Shown: positions 6,522-14,174 of the stretch, piece after piece
How the letters are laid out: each line of letters starts with the position of its first letter
Position numbering within the stretch: position 1 is the stretch's first letter
Assembly (NCBI GenBank): GCA_028698185.1
Contig: JAQVDW010000025.1
Coordinates: 1-23,963, forward strand
Direction of reading: 5' to 3'
Length of the DNA stretch: 23,963 nt
Origin: Erysipelotrichaceae bacterium
GTDB taxonomy: Bacteria > Bacillota_I > Bacilli_A > Erysipelotrichales > Coprobacillaceae
Notes under the pieces: generated by a model
Database searches by the model: none
The model's input: only the letters and a program-made list of their open reading frames with translations
Told to the model about the DNA's origin: nothing
Translations under genes and position numbers: made by a program

Positions 6522-7619
6522 GTGAAAATTGTCGCATTGAACTATGCCCCCAGTGATTTCAAACGCCTCGAACAGCGGTTGAATGATTATTCGCAAGCAG
6601 GTTACAACCCGCGAACTGTTGGCAAAGTAGCCATCTTGAAAAAGGGGCCCAGGAAACATTACCTGGCTGTTCCGTTTGTGAGCTACCAGACCCAGAAAAA
6701 AGAAATCGCCGCCCAGAAAGTCGAGTGGTTCAAAAAAATGGCCATGCTCGATAGTGAATACCTGGGGCAGGTCAGCGGCATCCACGTCTTCTCGAGCGTT
6801 GATCCGATTGAATATAAGATGCCCTATGAGCCCCTAGGAGAGTACTTTTTAAAAGGTGAACTGCTAAAAAGGGTGCTCAAGGCATTGGCGATACTGTTCG
6901 TCGGGGTGGCTCTAATCCGCCTTATTTACAGCGGCGAAGTCAGCCAGTATCTCACAAACGGGCGGATCATGCTGGAATGGGTCCTTTATTTTGGCGTCGC
7001 CATTGGAGTCATGATCAATGTGGTCTATGGTTACCAGGCAGTCCAGGTAGGCAAAATAATCGCCGCCCGCCAGGATGTGGTTCCCGGAAAAGGACACGAA
7101 CGACTGCGCCTGGCAAAGATCGGGGTTTCGCTGTTTTTTTGTTTGCTGCTACTTGGCGGCTTCTGGCTGGATGGCCATGACAATGACCGGCATCTTGAGG
7201 ATATTACGCAGGTGATTTCCTTGAAAACCCTGGGGGTGGACAGTCCTAACTTCGCGACCCAGTTCACAACTAATCACTCGTACCTGATTCCCTATTCCTA
7301 TTCTTATTATGAACAGGCGGGTGCTGTGGATGAAAATGCGGGCGAACTCGGCGACCTGCTTCAGGTCAATTATTATGTCTTTTCGTCGAAAGATCTTCAA
7401 GATAGGATTTTTCAGGATTATCTTGATCTCGATTCCCACAATCTCGATCACCTGGACAAGATTGATGATGGCGTATATCTAGGCTATGATAAGAGTCTGG
7501 GGCTGTATTCGAACATGTACATTAATAATGATGAAGTCTGCCTGGTTGTCTACACGAATTTTGATTTGACAGCAAACAACCGGATCCAGGCTATCCTCGA
7601 CAATTACCTTGTCGATTGA
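6522..7619 (+). CDS. Hypothetical membrane protein: DUF2812-like N-terminal domain, 3 TM helices and a ~150-aa C-terminal domain of unknown fold (predicted outside)
   Basis: GTG at 6522 lies 10 nt after GGAG (6508-6511), and the start is uncertain. 'SDFKRLEQRLNDYSQAGYNPRTVG' resembles the DUF2812 'fekeEkwLNemaakGW.l..vG' pattern. The TM segments are 'ALAILFVGVALIRLIY', 'WVLYFGVAIGVMINVVYGY' and 'IGVSLFFCLLLLGGFWL'. I could not recognise a motif in the C-terminal region (nt ~7170-7616). Confidence 0.6.
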   Translation: MKIVALNYAPSDFKRLEQRLNDYSQAGYNPRTVGKVAILKKGPRKHYLAVPFVSYQTQKKEIAAQKVEWFKKMAMLDSEYLGQVSGIHVFSSVDPIEYKMPYEPLGEYFLKGELLKRVLKALAILFVGVALIRLIYSGEVSQYLTNGRIMLEWVLYFGVAIGVMINVVYGYQAVQVGKIIAARQDVVPGKGHERLRLAKIGVSLFFCLLLLGGFWLDGHDNDRHLEDITQVISLKTLGVDSPNFATQFTTNHSYLIPYSYSYYEQAGAVDENAGELGDLLQVNYYVFSSKDLQDRIFQDYLDLDSHNLDHLDKIDDGVYLGYDKSLGLYSNMYINNDEVCLVVYTNFDLTANNRIQAILDNYLVD

Positions 7620-7636
7620 AATAAAAGTGTTATAAT
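7609..7636 (+). promoter_or_regulatory. Promoter of the PspC-domain gene
   Basis: TTGTCG lies at 7609-7614, followed by a 16-bp spacer and TG-t-TATAAT (TG 7628-7629, -10 at 7631-7636). It overlaps the 3' end of the preceding CDS. Confidence 0.55.
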
Positions 7637-7653
7637 GAACTTGAGGTGATAAT

Positions 7654-7842
7654 ATGACCAAAAAATTATATCGTTCCCGGCGCGACCGGGTCTTTGCAGG
7701 GGTCTGCGGGGGGATCGGCGAATATTTCGATATCGACTCATCCCTGGTAAGAATCCTGTGGGTATTGTTGATTCTTGGGGCAGGGACCGGCTTGTTGGCC
7801 TATATTATTTGTGCCATAATCATTCCTGAAAGCCCATATTAA
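7654..7842 (+). CDS. PspC-domain small membrane protein
   Basis: 62 aa, with GAGGTG 5 nt upstream. 'LYRSRRDRVFAGVCGGIGEYFDIDSSLVRILWVLL' is the PspC-domain signature, followed by one TM helix. Confidence 0.85.
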   Translation: MTKKLYRSRRDRVFAGVCGGIGEYFDIDSSLVRILWVLLILGAGTGLLAYIICAIIIPESPY

Positions 7843-7868
7843 AAAGTGAGTCCGCGGACTCACTTTTT
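7841..7868. terminator. Bidirectional intrinsic terminator between the convergent pspC-domain and lipid kinase genes
   Basis: A perfect 20-nt palindrome AGTGAGTCCG/CGGACTCACT (7845-7864) is flanked by A5 upstream and T5 downstream. Confidence 0.85.
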
Positions 7869-7870
7869 AA

Positions 7871-8773
7871 TTACTCTTTTGGTACGATGATGGTCAGTTT
7901 CTGTTTCAAAGCTTCGATTTTGATTGGCAGTTGCGGTCCCTTTTCACCGTCGATATCGACAAAGACATCGTTGACATCGCTGGATATCTCGATGCAGCTG
8001 CCCTGATAATATTCGACTTTTGGAGTGTTGACATGGTTGCCAAGCAGCAGTTCGGTAGTGAACTGGACCAGCTCCACGGCGTTGCAGTTTTTCAGGATCT
8101 GAAGGTCGAGCTTGCCATCCTGGATTGAAGCGTAAGGCACCATGCGGTTGAAACCGCCGATGTGTTTGGAATTGGCAATCAAAAACAACCGGGCGTCAAC
8201 GGTGAACTCCTGGCTGTCAACCTTGACTTTCAAGGGGATCAGCCGGCTCAAATGGTCCTGGAGGTTGGTGATGGCATTGATGGTGTACGAAAGGGGGCCA
8301 AGGATCTTCTTGTCGCTCGTTGAGGTGACGTAGGAAACATCGGCGAACATCCCCCCGGCAACGACATTGATGAAATGGCTGTCGTTGATCTTGCCGATAT
8401 CGGACTTGATCGTATGGAAGTCCTCAATCATTTTGACGATTTTTCCTGGGGTGCGGGGAATCTTGACGAACGATGCGAAATCGTTGACTGTACCTGCCCC
8501 CAAGATGACCAGGGGGACTTCGATATCGTGGCGGGCGATGTAGTCGACTACCTGGTTGATGGTCCCGTCCCCGCCCACGGCAACGATGAAGTCGAACTTC
8601 CTGATTTTTTTAAGATCGACGACATCGTCAATGGTTCGGTCCTTTTTCGTGTACACACATTCGGCCCGATTGATGAACTGGTCGAGGATCAGCTGGCCGA
8701 TGATCTCCTTGAGTTTGCTTTGGATTATCTGCTGGCCCGAATGGGGGTTGATGATGAAGTATCCGGTTTTCAT
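7871..8773 (-). CDS. Diacylglycerol kinase-family lipid kinase (DagK/YegS/BmrU type)
   Basis: 300 aa. 'YFIINPHSG' and 'FDFIVAVGGDGTINQVV' match the DAGK catalytic-domain GGDGT motif. Its ATG overlaps the pepT stop (ATGA at 8770-8773). Confidence 0.85.
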   Translation of the reverse strand: MKTGYFIINPHSGQQIIQSKLKEIIGQLILDQFINRAECVYTKKDRTIDDVVDLKKIRKFDFIVAVGGDGTINQVVDYIARHDIEVPLVILGAGTVNDFASFVKIPRTPGKIVKMIEDFHTIKSDIGKINDSHFINVVAGGMFADVSYVTSTSDKKILGPLSYTINAITNLQDHLSRLIPLKVKVDSQEFTVDARLFLIANSKHIGGFNRMVPYASIQDGKLDLQILKNCNAVELVQFTTELLLGNHVNTPKVEYYQGSCIEISSDVNDVFVDIDGEKGPQLPIKIEALKQKLTIIVPKE

Positions 8774-9966
8774 GACACAATCCTCACGAGCAGTTCGACT
8801 TGTTTTTGCATCTGGGTCAGCGACACGAATTCATAAGGGCCGTGGAAATTGGCGCCACCGGTACCTAGATTAGGACACGGCAGTCCCATATGGCTAAGCA
8901 ATGCGCCGTCAGTGCCGCCCCTGGTCGGAATGATCTTTGGCTTGATACCCAATTCCTTCATTTTGGCGATCACATTTTCCACGATATGGTAGTTTTTCTC
9001 GATGATTGGAGACATGTTGAGGTAAGATTCCTCGAATTTTACCTTGATTGCCTGGTAGCCGTATTTGTCGTTCAAAAAGGCGGCGATCTTGTTGAATTCG
9101 CCTATTTGCTCGTTGAGCTTGTCGATGCTGTGGTTGCGCAGGATGTATTCCATTGTGGCCTGTTCCACGGTGCCGTCTATCTTGGTCAGGTGATTGAATC
9201 CCTCGTATTCGCTGGTGAAGTAAGGCCGTTTGTGCAGCGGCAACATGGTCTCGAATTCAATGGCGATCATTGTCGCGGATACCATCTTGTTTTTGGCGCT
9301 GCCAGGATGGACTGATTTGCCGGTGATTGCCACCTGGGCGCTGTAGGCGTTGAAGTTCTCGTAGCTGATCTCGTTGATGAAACCGCCGTCGATTGTGTAG
9401 GCATATCGCGCATTGAATTTTTCAAGATCGAAATGCTTCGTGCCCCGACCGACTTCCTCGTCGGGGGTGAAGGCAATCTGGATGTCGCTGTGGATTATTT
9501 GCGGATTGTCATTTAGATAACTGATCATTTCCATGATGATGGCGATGCCGGCCTTGTCATCCGCTCCAAGCAAGGTGGTTCCGTCGGTGACGACGATATC
9601 ATCACCAATCACTTTGGCCAGGGTTTCGAATTCCTTCGGGTCAAGCGAGCGGTCGCTGTTTAGCTGGATTTTTCCCCCCTGGTAGTTGCGGATTATCCGG
9701 GGTTTGACGTTCGCCCCGCTGGCATCGGGAGAGGTGTCCATGTGGGCGATAAAGCCGATGACATCCTGGTTGCCCCCGTTGCCGGGTATCCGTCCGTAGA
9801 CGATGCCGTGTTCATCTACATGGGCATTTGTAACGTTAAGCTCGTGTAATTGACTTACAAGCAGATTCGCCAGGTCTAGCTGCTTTGTGGAACTGGGTGC
9901 GCTTTGGGAATCGCTGCAAGATTGGGTGTCAATTTTTAAATATTCTAGAAATCTATTTTCCAACAT
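8770..9966 (-). CDS. pepT: Peptidase T (tripeptide aminopeptidase, M20B)
   Basis: ATG at 9966 lies 8 nt after AAGGAA. The motifs are 'MLENRFLEYLKIDTQS', 'GFIAHMDTSPD', 'LLGADDKAGIA', 'FTPDEEVGRG' and 'GGTDGA'. 398 aa. Confidence 0.92.
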   Translation of the reverse strand: MLENRFLEYLKIDTQSCSDSQSAPSSTKQLDLANLLVSQLHELNVTNAHVDEHGIVYGRIPGNGGNQDVIGFIAHMDTSPDASGANVKPRIIRNYQGGKIQLNSDRSLDPKEFETLAKVIGDDIVVTDGTTLLGADDKAGIAIIMEMISYLNDNPQIIHSDIQIAFTPDEEVGRGTKHFDLEKFNARYAYTIDGGFINEISYENFNAYSAQVAITGKSVHPGSAKNKMVSATMIAIEFETMLPLHKRPYFTSEYEGFNHLTKIDGTVEQATMEYILRNHSIDKLNEQIGEFNKIAAFLNDKYGYQAIKVKFEESYLNMSPIIEKNYHIVENVIAKMKELGIKPKIIPTRGGTDGALLSHMGLPCPNLGTGGANFHGPYEFVSLTQMQKQVELLVRIVS

Positions 9967-9991
9967 AATATCAATTCCTTTCTTTAATATC

Positions 9992-10020
9992 ATTATCACT
10001 TATTGTGGGCAATAAATCAA
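9992..10020 (-). promoter_or_regulatory. Candidate promoter of the pepT-lipid kinase operon
   Basis: On the minus strand: TTGATT (10020-10015), a 17-bp spacer, then GATAAT (9997-9992). Confidence 0.45.
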
Positions 10021-10021
10021 G

Positions 10022-10050
10022 TTGAGGATTGGACAAAAGTTTGGTAAAAT
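10022..10050 (+). promoter_or_regulatory. Candidate promoter of the RNase H-nuclease operon
   Basis: TTGAGG at 10022-10027, a 17-bp spacer, then TAAAAT at 10045-10050. It is divergent from the pepT promoter. Confidence 0.5.
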
Positions 10051-10072
10051 AGCTGATGAAAAGGAGTGGACT

Positions 10073-10660
10073 ATGAAATACTATGCTGTAAAAAAAGGAT
10101 TTAAACCGGGTATCTACACTAGTTGGGACGACTGCAAGAAGCAGGTCATGAACTACTCGGGAGCAGTCTACAAATCATTTGGAACCAGGGAAGCCGCTCT
10201 TGCATTCATGGAACAAAAGCCGCCGCGGATCGTCAAGGCCGAGGTTGTCAGCTACGTTGACGGGAGCTTCAACCTGTCCACGGGGACGTATGGTTATGGC
10301 GGGGTGTTGATTAAGGACAACCAGCTGATCAAGAAATTCAAGGGCCAGGGCACAAACAGTGACTATGCCTCGATGCGAAATGTCGCAGGAGAGATTTTAG
10401 GCAGCCTCAAGGCGATCGAGTATGCCATAAAACATGGATATAAATCAATCGCCATCTACTATGACTACGAGGGAATCGAGAAATGGGCCGACAAGCTGTG
10501 GCAGGCCCGCAAACCCGGCACGATCGAATATGTGGAAAAAATCGACAACTACCGCAAGAAGATAGATGTCATCTTTGTCAAGGTTGCTGCCCACAGCGGT
10601 GACTACTACAACGAGATGGTCGACAAACTTGCCAAAGAGGCGGTCGGAATCAATGAGTAG
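10073..10660 (+). CDS. rnhA: Ribonuclease HI-type enzyme with an N-terminal hybrid-binding (Cauli_VI-like) domain
   Basis: ATG at 10073 follows AAGGAG. 'YYAVKKGFKPGIYTSWDDCKKQVMNYSGAVYKSFGTREAALAF' is the HBD signature. The catalytic DEDD candidates are 'YVDGS', 'NVAGEILG', 'IYYDYEG' and 'NEMVDKLAK'. 195 aa. Confidence 0.88.
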   Translation: MKYYAVKKGFKPGIYTSWDDCKKQVMNYSGAVYKSFGTREAALAFMEQKPPRIVKAEVVSYVDGSFNLSTGTYGYGGVLIKDNQLIKKFKGQGTNSDYASMRNVAGEILGSLKAIEYAIKHGYKSIAIYYDYEGIEKWADKLWQARKPGTIEYVEKIDNYRKKIDVIFVKVAAHSGDYYNEMVDKLAKEAVGINE

Positions 10661-11165
10661 GAATCTCCACAAGTCGCCGTTGATGGCTTTCACCATCCTT
10701 GTCTTCATCATCTATGCCATCTACAACTTTGTCGTGTCCCCTGATAGCCTTTACGAGGCTGATTCGCAAAAGGCCGTCGCCACCTTGGAACGGGTTGTCG
10801 ATGGGGATACCGTCTATCTCAATATCGCCAGCCAAAGCGTCAAGGTCCGGCTGCTCTATATCGATACACCTGAATCGACAAATAAAGTCGAGCCTTATGG
10901 AAAAGAGGCCAGCGATTATACCGACCAGCTTTTAAGCCAGGCCGGCCTGATCCAGGTCCAGTACAATCCCGAGGGCGACCGCAAGGACAATTATGGCCGG
11001 GCGCTGCTTTGGGTGTTTGTCGATGGCGAATTGCTCCAGACAAAAATAGCCCGGGCAGGCTATTGCGAAAAGTTCTACGATTATGGTTACGACTATCTTT
11101 ACGAAGACGAAATAGTCGCTGCACACCAAGAAGCAATTGCTCAAAAAAAGGGAATTTATGAGTAA
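10653..11165 (+). CDS. nuc: Membrane-anchored thermonuclease (staphylococcal nuclease-like, SNase fold)
   Basis: ATG at 10653 overlaps the rnhA 3' end by 8 nt. The N-terminal TM helix is 'LMAFTILVFIIYAIYNFVV'. 'VVDGDTVYL', 'VKVRLLYIDTPES' and 'YGRALLWVFVDG' match the SNase Ca-binding and catalytic motifs (D21/R35/D40/T41/E43/R87 equivalents). Confidence 0.88.
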   Translation: MSRNLHKSPLMAFTILVFIIYAIYNFVVSPDSLYEADSQKAVATLERVVDGDTVYLNIASQSVKVRLLYIDTPESTNKVEPYGKEASDYTDQLLSQAGLIQVQYNPEGDRKDNYGRALLWVFVDGELLQTKIARAGYCEKFYDYGYDYLYEDEIVAAHQEAIAQKKGIYE

Positions 11166-11177
11166 ATTCCCTTTTTG
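11143..11177 (+). terminator. Intrinsic terminator after the nuclease gene
   Basis: GGGAATTT(11150-11157)-atgagt-AAATTCCC(11164-11171) followed by T5. An A-run upstream can extend the stem. The stop codon lies within the hairpin. Confidence 0.7.
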
Positions 11178-11284
11178 ATTTATCTGTATGGATACATTCA
11201 GTGTCTTAAGTTGTCTGTAAAAGCGAAAAGGGTGGTTGTTTGCAAAAAAATGCACTTTCCTATAATAGTAACGAATGAAAAAAT

Positions 11285-11298
11285 AATTTTCTAAAATT
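11285..11298. promoter_or_regulatory. CodY-box-like dyad 1 (AATTTTCTAAAATT) upstream of oppA
   Basis: It matches 12 of 15 positions of the CodY consensus AATTTTCWGAAAATT when extended by one base. It lies downstream of a TATAAT at 11261-11266. Confidence 0.35.
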
Positions 11299-11313
11299 CC
11301 AAAATCAGCCCGA

Positions 11314-11329
11314 AATTTTCGCTAAAATT
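11314..11329. promoter_or_regulatory. CodY-box-like dyad 2 (AATTTTCGCTAAAATT) upstream of oppA
   Basis: It has the same AATTTT/AAAATT arms as box 1 with a 4-nt centre, 29 bp downstream of box 1. Confidence 0.3.
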
Positions 11330-11355
11330 AATAAAAAATATGGAATATTTTGGGA

Positions 11356-11393
11356 TTGTATGCTAAAGTTACAACATACAACAAATTTGTATG
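11356..11393 (+). promoter_or_regulatory. Mutually exclusive hairpins in the oppA leader
   Basis: The elements are TTGTATG(11356-11362), CATACAA(11375-11381) and TTGTATG(11387-11393). The central element can pair with either flank. GGAGG (11404-11408) follows 11 nt downstream. Confidence 0.3.
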
Positions 11394-11416
11394 GAAGAAA
11401 ATTGGAGGAAAGAAAC

Positions 11417-13066
11417 ATGGATTTCAAAAAACTATTGGCTGGTGGGCTTGTAGCTGCAATGTCTGTTTCAACGCTTTCTGGATGTGCTACCACATCTTCT
11501 GGTGGTGCTGAATCACTGACAATCAACACAACTACAGAACCGCCTGAATTAAACTCGGTATTGACTACATCATCAGGATCAATGGACGTCTTAAGACAAT
11601 GTATGGACGGTCTGGTAATTCTTGATGCAAACAATGAAGCGCAACCTGGGGCTGCGGCATCATGGGATCAAGTTGCCAATGATGATGGAACAGTAACATA
11701 TACATTCCATATGCAAGAAGACGGAGTCTGGTCAAACGGAACACCGGTAACAGCTGCGGATTTCGAATTCGCTTTAGATTTATTGTTCAATCCGGCTTAC
11801 GGTGCTGCTTATGCGGGGACTTGGGCGCCTTATTTTGTCGGAGCTGAAGACATGATGGCTGCATTGAACGCCGATACTGGAGCATTGGATCAGGCTGCCT
11901 ATGACGCTGCTCTAGCTTCAAAAGGTTGGGATGCAGTGGATGACAAGACATTCACAATCACAACAACATCAAGCTATCCATTCTTCATCAAATTATTGGC
12001 ATTCGTAAACTTCTTGCCAGTAAACCAAGCTTTCTATGAAGAAGTAGGGGCTGACAACTATGCCAAAGATGCTGACAAACTGATCTACAATGGAGCTTTC
12101 AACATCACTGAATGGCAACATGAAGACCACATCACTTTCGCTAAGAGCGACACATATTGGGATGCCGACGCCATCAACTTGAAAGGTGCGACATTCAGAA
12201 TGATCAAAGATGACAATACATCTAAAAACGAATTCGTTGCCGGTAACCTTGATGAAACACCAGTTTCAGGTGAAGTTGCGTCTCAATTGAAAGAACAAGG
12301 ATACGATATCTTGAACTACTCTGATGGTTCTTCATGGTATCTTGAATTCAACTGCAACGTTCCAGGCACGAACAATGCCAAAGTGCGTAAAGCCTTGACA
12401 TTGGGGGTTGATGCTCAATCATTCATCGACAATATCGTGCAAAACGAGTCAGTTGTTGCTACATCATTTACACCTGCAGCAATCGCCAACGGTGAATTCA
12501 AAGAATTGGTTGGTGACTTGACAGTAAGATCAACTGACTACACTGAAGCTAAAGCCTTATTGGAAGAAGGTTTGGCTGAAGAAGGAATGACAGTTGCCGA
12601 CTTGAAGCTTGTAATGATCGCCGATGACACTACTACAGCTCAAAAATATGCGACATTCGTTCAAGAACAGTTGAAAACAAACTTGGGTGTTCAAATCACA
12701 ATCAACTCTATGCCATACAAATCAAGAATTGCAGCTATGCAATCTGGTGACTTCTCATTAGTATTTGCAGGTTGGGGTCCTGACTATGATGATCCAATGA
12801 CTTTCTTGGATTTATTCTACTCAACTAGCGGAAACAACCACGGTGGATATGCATCTACTCAATACGATGCTTTAGTTGATGCTGCCAAGGCTGAATTGGA
12901 TGTTGATGCTCGTAATGACATCATGGTTCAAATCGAACAATTGATTGCTACCGACTATCCAATCGGTGTCATCTATCAACGTTCAGTATCATATGTTCAA
13001 ACTGATGCTGCTGAAGGTCTGGTACGTAAAGCGTTTAATGATATAAACATCAGATACGTAAAATAA
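11417..13066 (+). CDS. oppA: Peptide ABC transporter substrate-binding lipoprotein (SBP family 5, OppA/DppA/AppA type)
   Basis: ATG at 11417 follows GGAGG. The signal peptide has the lipobox 'LSGC', followed by a Thr/Ser-rich linker. The ~549-aa length and position ahead of the permease and ATPase genes fit. Codon usage is distinct (see findings). Confidence 0.9.
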   Translation: MDFKKLLAGGLVAAMSVSTLSGCATTSSGGAESLTINTTTEPPELNSVLTTSSGSMDVLRQCMDGLVILDANNEAQPGAAASWDQVANDDGTVTYTFHMQEDGVWSNGTPVTAADFEFALDLLFNPAYGAAYAGTWAPYFVGAEDMMAALNADTGALDQAAYDAALASKGWDAVDDKTFTITTTSSYPFFIKLLAFVNFLPVNQAFYEEVGADNYAKDADKLIYNGAFNITEWQHEDHITFAKSDTYWDADAINLKGATFRMIKDDNTSKNEFVAGNLDETPVSGEVASQLKEQGYDILNYSDGSSWYLEFNCNVPGTNNAKVRKALTLGVDAQSFIDNIVQNESVVATSFTPAAIANGEFKELVGDLTVRSTDYTEAKALLEEGLAEEGMTVADLKLVMIADDTTTAQKYATFVQEQLKTNLGVQITINSMPYKSRIAAMQSGDFSLVFAGWGPDYDDPMTFLDLFYSTSGNNHGGYASTQYDALVDAAKAELDVDARNDIMVQIEQLIATDYPIGVIYQRSVSYVQTDAAEGLVRKAFNDINIRYVK

Positions 13067-13118
13067 TAAATAAAAGGCCGCATTTGCCTGATAAAATTAA
13101 GTAAATGGCCCACATAAG

Positions 13119-13146
13119 ACAAGAGGAAATCTTCCTCTTGTTTTTG
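13119..13146 (+). terminator. Intra-operon intrinsic terminator or attenuator after oppA
   Basis: ACAAGAGGAA(13119-13128)-atc-TTCCTCTTGT(13132-13141) followed by TTTTT. I could find no convincing promoter between it and oppB. Confidence 0.75.
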
Positions 13147-13228
13147 CTTGTCAAATATAGTATTATTATTCGGTACGTTCAAAAAAAACAGGATTTGACT
13201 ACTAAAATTTTTGGAAAGGTGTGTAAGT

Positions 13229-14164
13229 ATGACAAAATACGTACTTAAACGGGTGGTTTACGCCTTCTTGACGATCGTTGTATTGGTCGCAATCACTTTT
13301 GCGTTGATGCAACTATTGCCGGGCGATCCATTCATTGGCGATAAGGCCATGTCGGAAGCGACAAAGGCCGCTTTAATGGCCAAATATGGTTTTGACAAAC
13401 CAATCTGGCAACAATTTTTAATTTACATGGGTAATGTTTTCACCGGAGATTTGGGAACATCGGCGGTTTCCAACCGTCCGGTTACGACAATCATCATGGA
13501 ATCATTTCCTTACTCATTCGACCTGGGGATCCGTTCATTGATCTTTGCGACTGTGATCGGGGTATTTTTGGGTTCGACCGCGGCAATCAAACGCGGTAAA
13601 ACAGCGGATACCGTTGCGATGCTTATTTCGGTAATCGGGGTTTCCGTACCATCATTCATCGTTGCAGCCGTATTGCAATATTTCCTTGGACTTAAACTTG
13701 GTCTGGCTCTGGGAACATTCATTTTCCCGATTTCGGGTTATTCTTCGGAAATGCACAAGATCCTTCCGGCATTGTCACTGTCGCTGGGAACTTTGGCAAC
13801 TGTTTCTAGACTGATGCGGACTTCGATGCTTGACGTTTTGGGATCTGACTATATCAAGACAGCCAAGGCGAAAGGTCTGTCACAAAGGACAATCCTTTAC
13901 CGTCACGCGCTAAGAAATGCGGCGATGCCGGTTTTGACGGTATTGGGACCATTGGCTGCAGCCATCCTGACAGGAGGATTCGTAGTTGAACAGATTTTCG
14001 CGATACCAGGTATGGGTCGGCTGTTTGTAACTTCAATCCAGTCGGTTGATTATCAGGTCATTGTCGGGACCACGATTTTCTATGGGGCATTCTTGATTAT
14101 TGCAACATTGATTATTGACATATTATACGGAGTTGTCGACCCGCGTGTCGATTTATCGAAATAG
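13229..14164 (+). CDS. oppB: Peptide ABC transporter permease (OppB/DppB type)
   Basis: ATG at 13229 lies 7 nt after AAGGTG. The N-terminus is 'YVLKRVVYAFLTIVVLVAITFALMQLLPGDP'. The EAA-like loop is 'DYIKTAKAKGLSQRTILYRHALRNA'. Confidence 0.92.
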   Translation: MTKYVLKRVVYAFLTIVVLVAITFALMQLLPGDPFIGDKAMSEATKAALMAKYGFDKPIWQQFLIYMGNVFTGDLGTSAVSNRPVTTIIMESFPYSFDLGIRSLIFATVIGVFLGSTAAIKRGKTADTVAMLISVIGVSVPSFIVAAVLQYFLGLKLGLALGTFIFPISGYSSEMHKILPALSLSLGTLATVSRLMRTSMLDVLGSDYIKTAKAKGLSQRTILYRHALRNAAMPVLTVLGPLAAAILTGGFVVEQIFAIPGMGRLFVTSIQSVDYQVIVGTTIFYGAFLIIATLIIDILYGVVDPRVDLSK

Positions 14165-14174
14165 GAGAAGATGA

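Noticed and set aside
8375-8836. 153-aa plus-strand ORF inside the lipid kinase gene. Similar long antisense ORFs occur at 1693-2118, 4984-5358, 15647-16111, 17464-17934, 21215-21580 and 23001-23492.
   Set aside because: Each lies opposite a CDS with unmistakable family motifs. None has an SD or recognisable motifs, so I treat them as shadow ORFs.
10566-10652. N-terminal extension of the nuclease ORF, and similar upstream extensions at 1687, 2090, 4632, 5616, 6471, 9999, 10022, 11360, 13211, 16087, 17955 and 20695
   Set aside because: These extensions overlap upstream genes, promoters or terminators and lack SDs. In each case an internal ATG or GTG has a well-spaced GGAGG-type SD and gives the family-typical N-terminus.
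11305-11634. 109-aa minus-strand ORF spanning the opp leader and the oppA 5' end
   Set aside because: It lies antisense to the SD, signal peptide and lipobox region of oppA, and has no SD or motifs.
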